This document shows, piece by piece, positions 45,207 through 45,277 of a stretch of 45,277 bases of DNA. Each line of letters opens with the position of its first letter. Within the stretch, counting starts at the first letter, position 1. Under the pieces are notes generated by a model. That model saw nothing but the letters and a program-made list of their open reading frames with translations, did no database searches and had not been told where the DNA came from. The stretch spans positions 1-45,277 of the forward strand of contig JBBQBU010000001.1 in NCBI GenBank assembly GCA_038318015.1, given 5' to 3'. The position numbers and the translations under genes were made by a program. Source of the DNA: Chloroflexota bacterium. Its GTDB lineage: Bacteria; Chloroflexota; UBA6077; JACCZL01.

Positions 45207-45277
45207 ATGGCCGACGACGGACTTCCGCTCGCGACGTTTCCCTCAATCACCGGGCGCGCCATCCGGCACGGTGTCAC
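45207..45277 (+). CDS. 5' end of a PgeF/YfiH (DUF152)-like gene (partial, tentative)
   Basis: ATG at 45207 opens MADDGLPLATFPSITGRAIRHGV..., resembling the start of laccase-domain PgeF proteins (..V.HGFTTR). A yfiH-like gene commonly follows ftsZ. Only 23 codons are visible. Confidence 0.3.
   Translation, partial: MADDGLPLATFPSITGRAIRHGV

Overview
High-GC (by eye about two-thirds G+C) bacterial chromosomal segment. The repeat families and gene content resemble Chloroflexota/Thermomicrobia-type genomes, but that is inference and cannot be verified here. All of it reads as core or housekeeping DNA. In order: 3' end of an unknown gene, trxB, a peptide/nickel-type ABC importer (lipoprotein SBP plus two permeases, no ATPase genes), a roughly 0.6 kb stretch that looks decayed, and a cis-CaaD-like tautomerase (-). 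Next come treZ and a GH133-type glycogen debrancher, an NnrS-like membrane protein (-), a GT-C membrane glycosyltransferase, an MsbA-type ABC exporter, and an orphan 550-aa protein with a PaaK/ANL-like P-loop. A tcuA-tcuB cluster follows, with two ALS-like ThDP enzymes, a ketopantoate-reductase-family enzyme and a nitroreductase interrupted by one in-frame TAA. Then a stand-alone 5'-3' exonuclease, an SH3b/DUF4352-like lipoprotein, a small secreted acidic protein with a textbook terminator, a GT4 (MshA-like) glycosyltransferase and a COG1579 zinc-ribbon protein. The last 13 kb is a compact dcw cluster (mraZ-rsmH-ftsL-ftsI-mraY-murD-ftsW-murC-murB-ftsQ-ftsA-ftsZ, then the start of a pgeF-like gene). 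It lacks murE, murF, murG and ddl, and is preceded by a good sigma-70-type promoter and five GTGGN repeats at exact 10-bp spacing (MraZ operator). Two intergenic repeat families (REP-like hairpins and a composite 120-nt inverted repeat) punctuate the tcu region. I found no CRISPR array, tRNA/rRNA, transposase, integrase, phage or recognisable defence genes, and no convincing novel system. The best leads have moderate interest: the tcuAB/ThDP cluster, the exporter plus ANL-like orphan, the in-frame stop, the repeat elements and the reduced dcw architecture. Many long ORFs in the six-frame track are antisense artefacts of high GC. Several track ORFs have spurious N-terminal extensions, which I trimmed to starts preceded by Shine-Dalgarno sequences.
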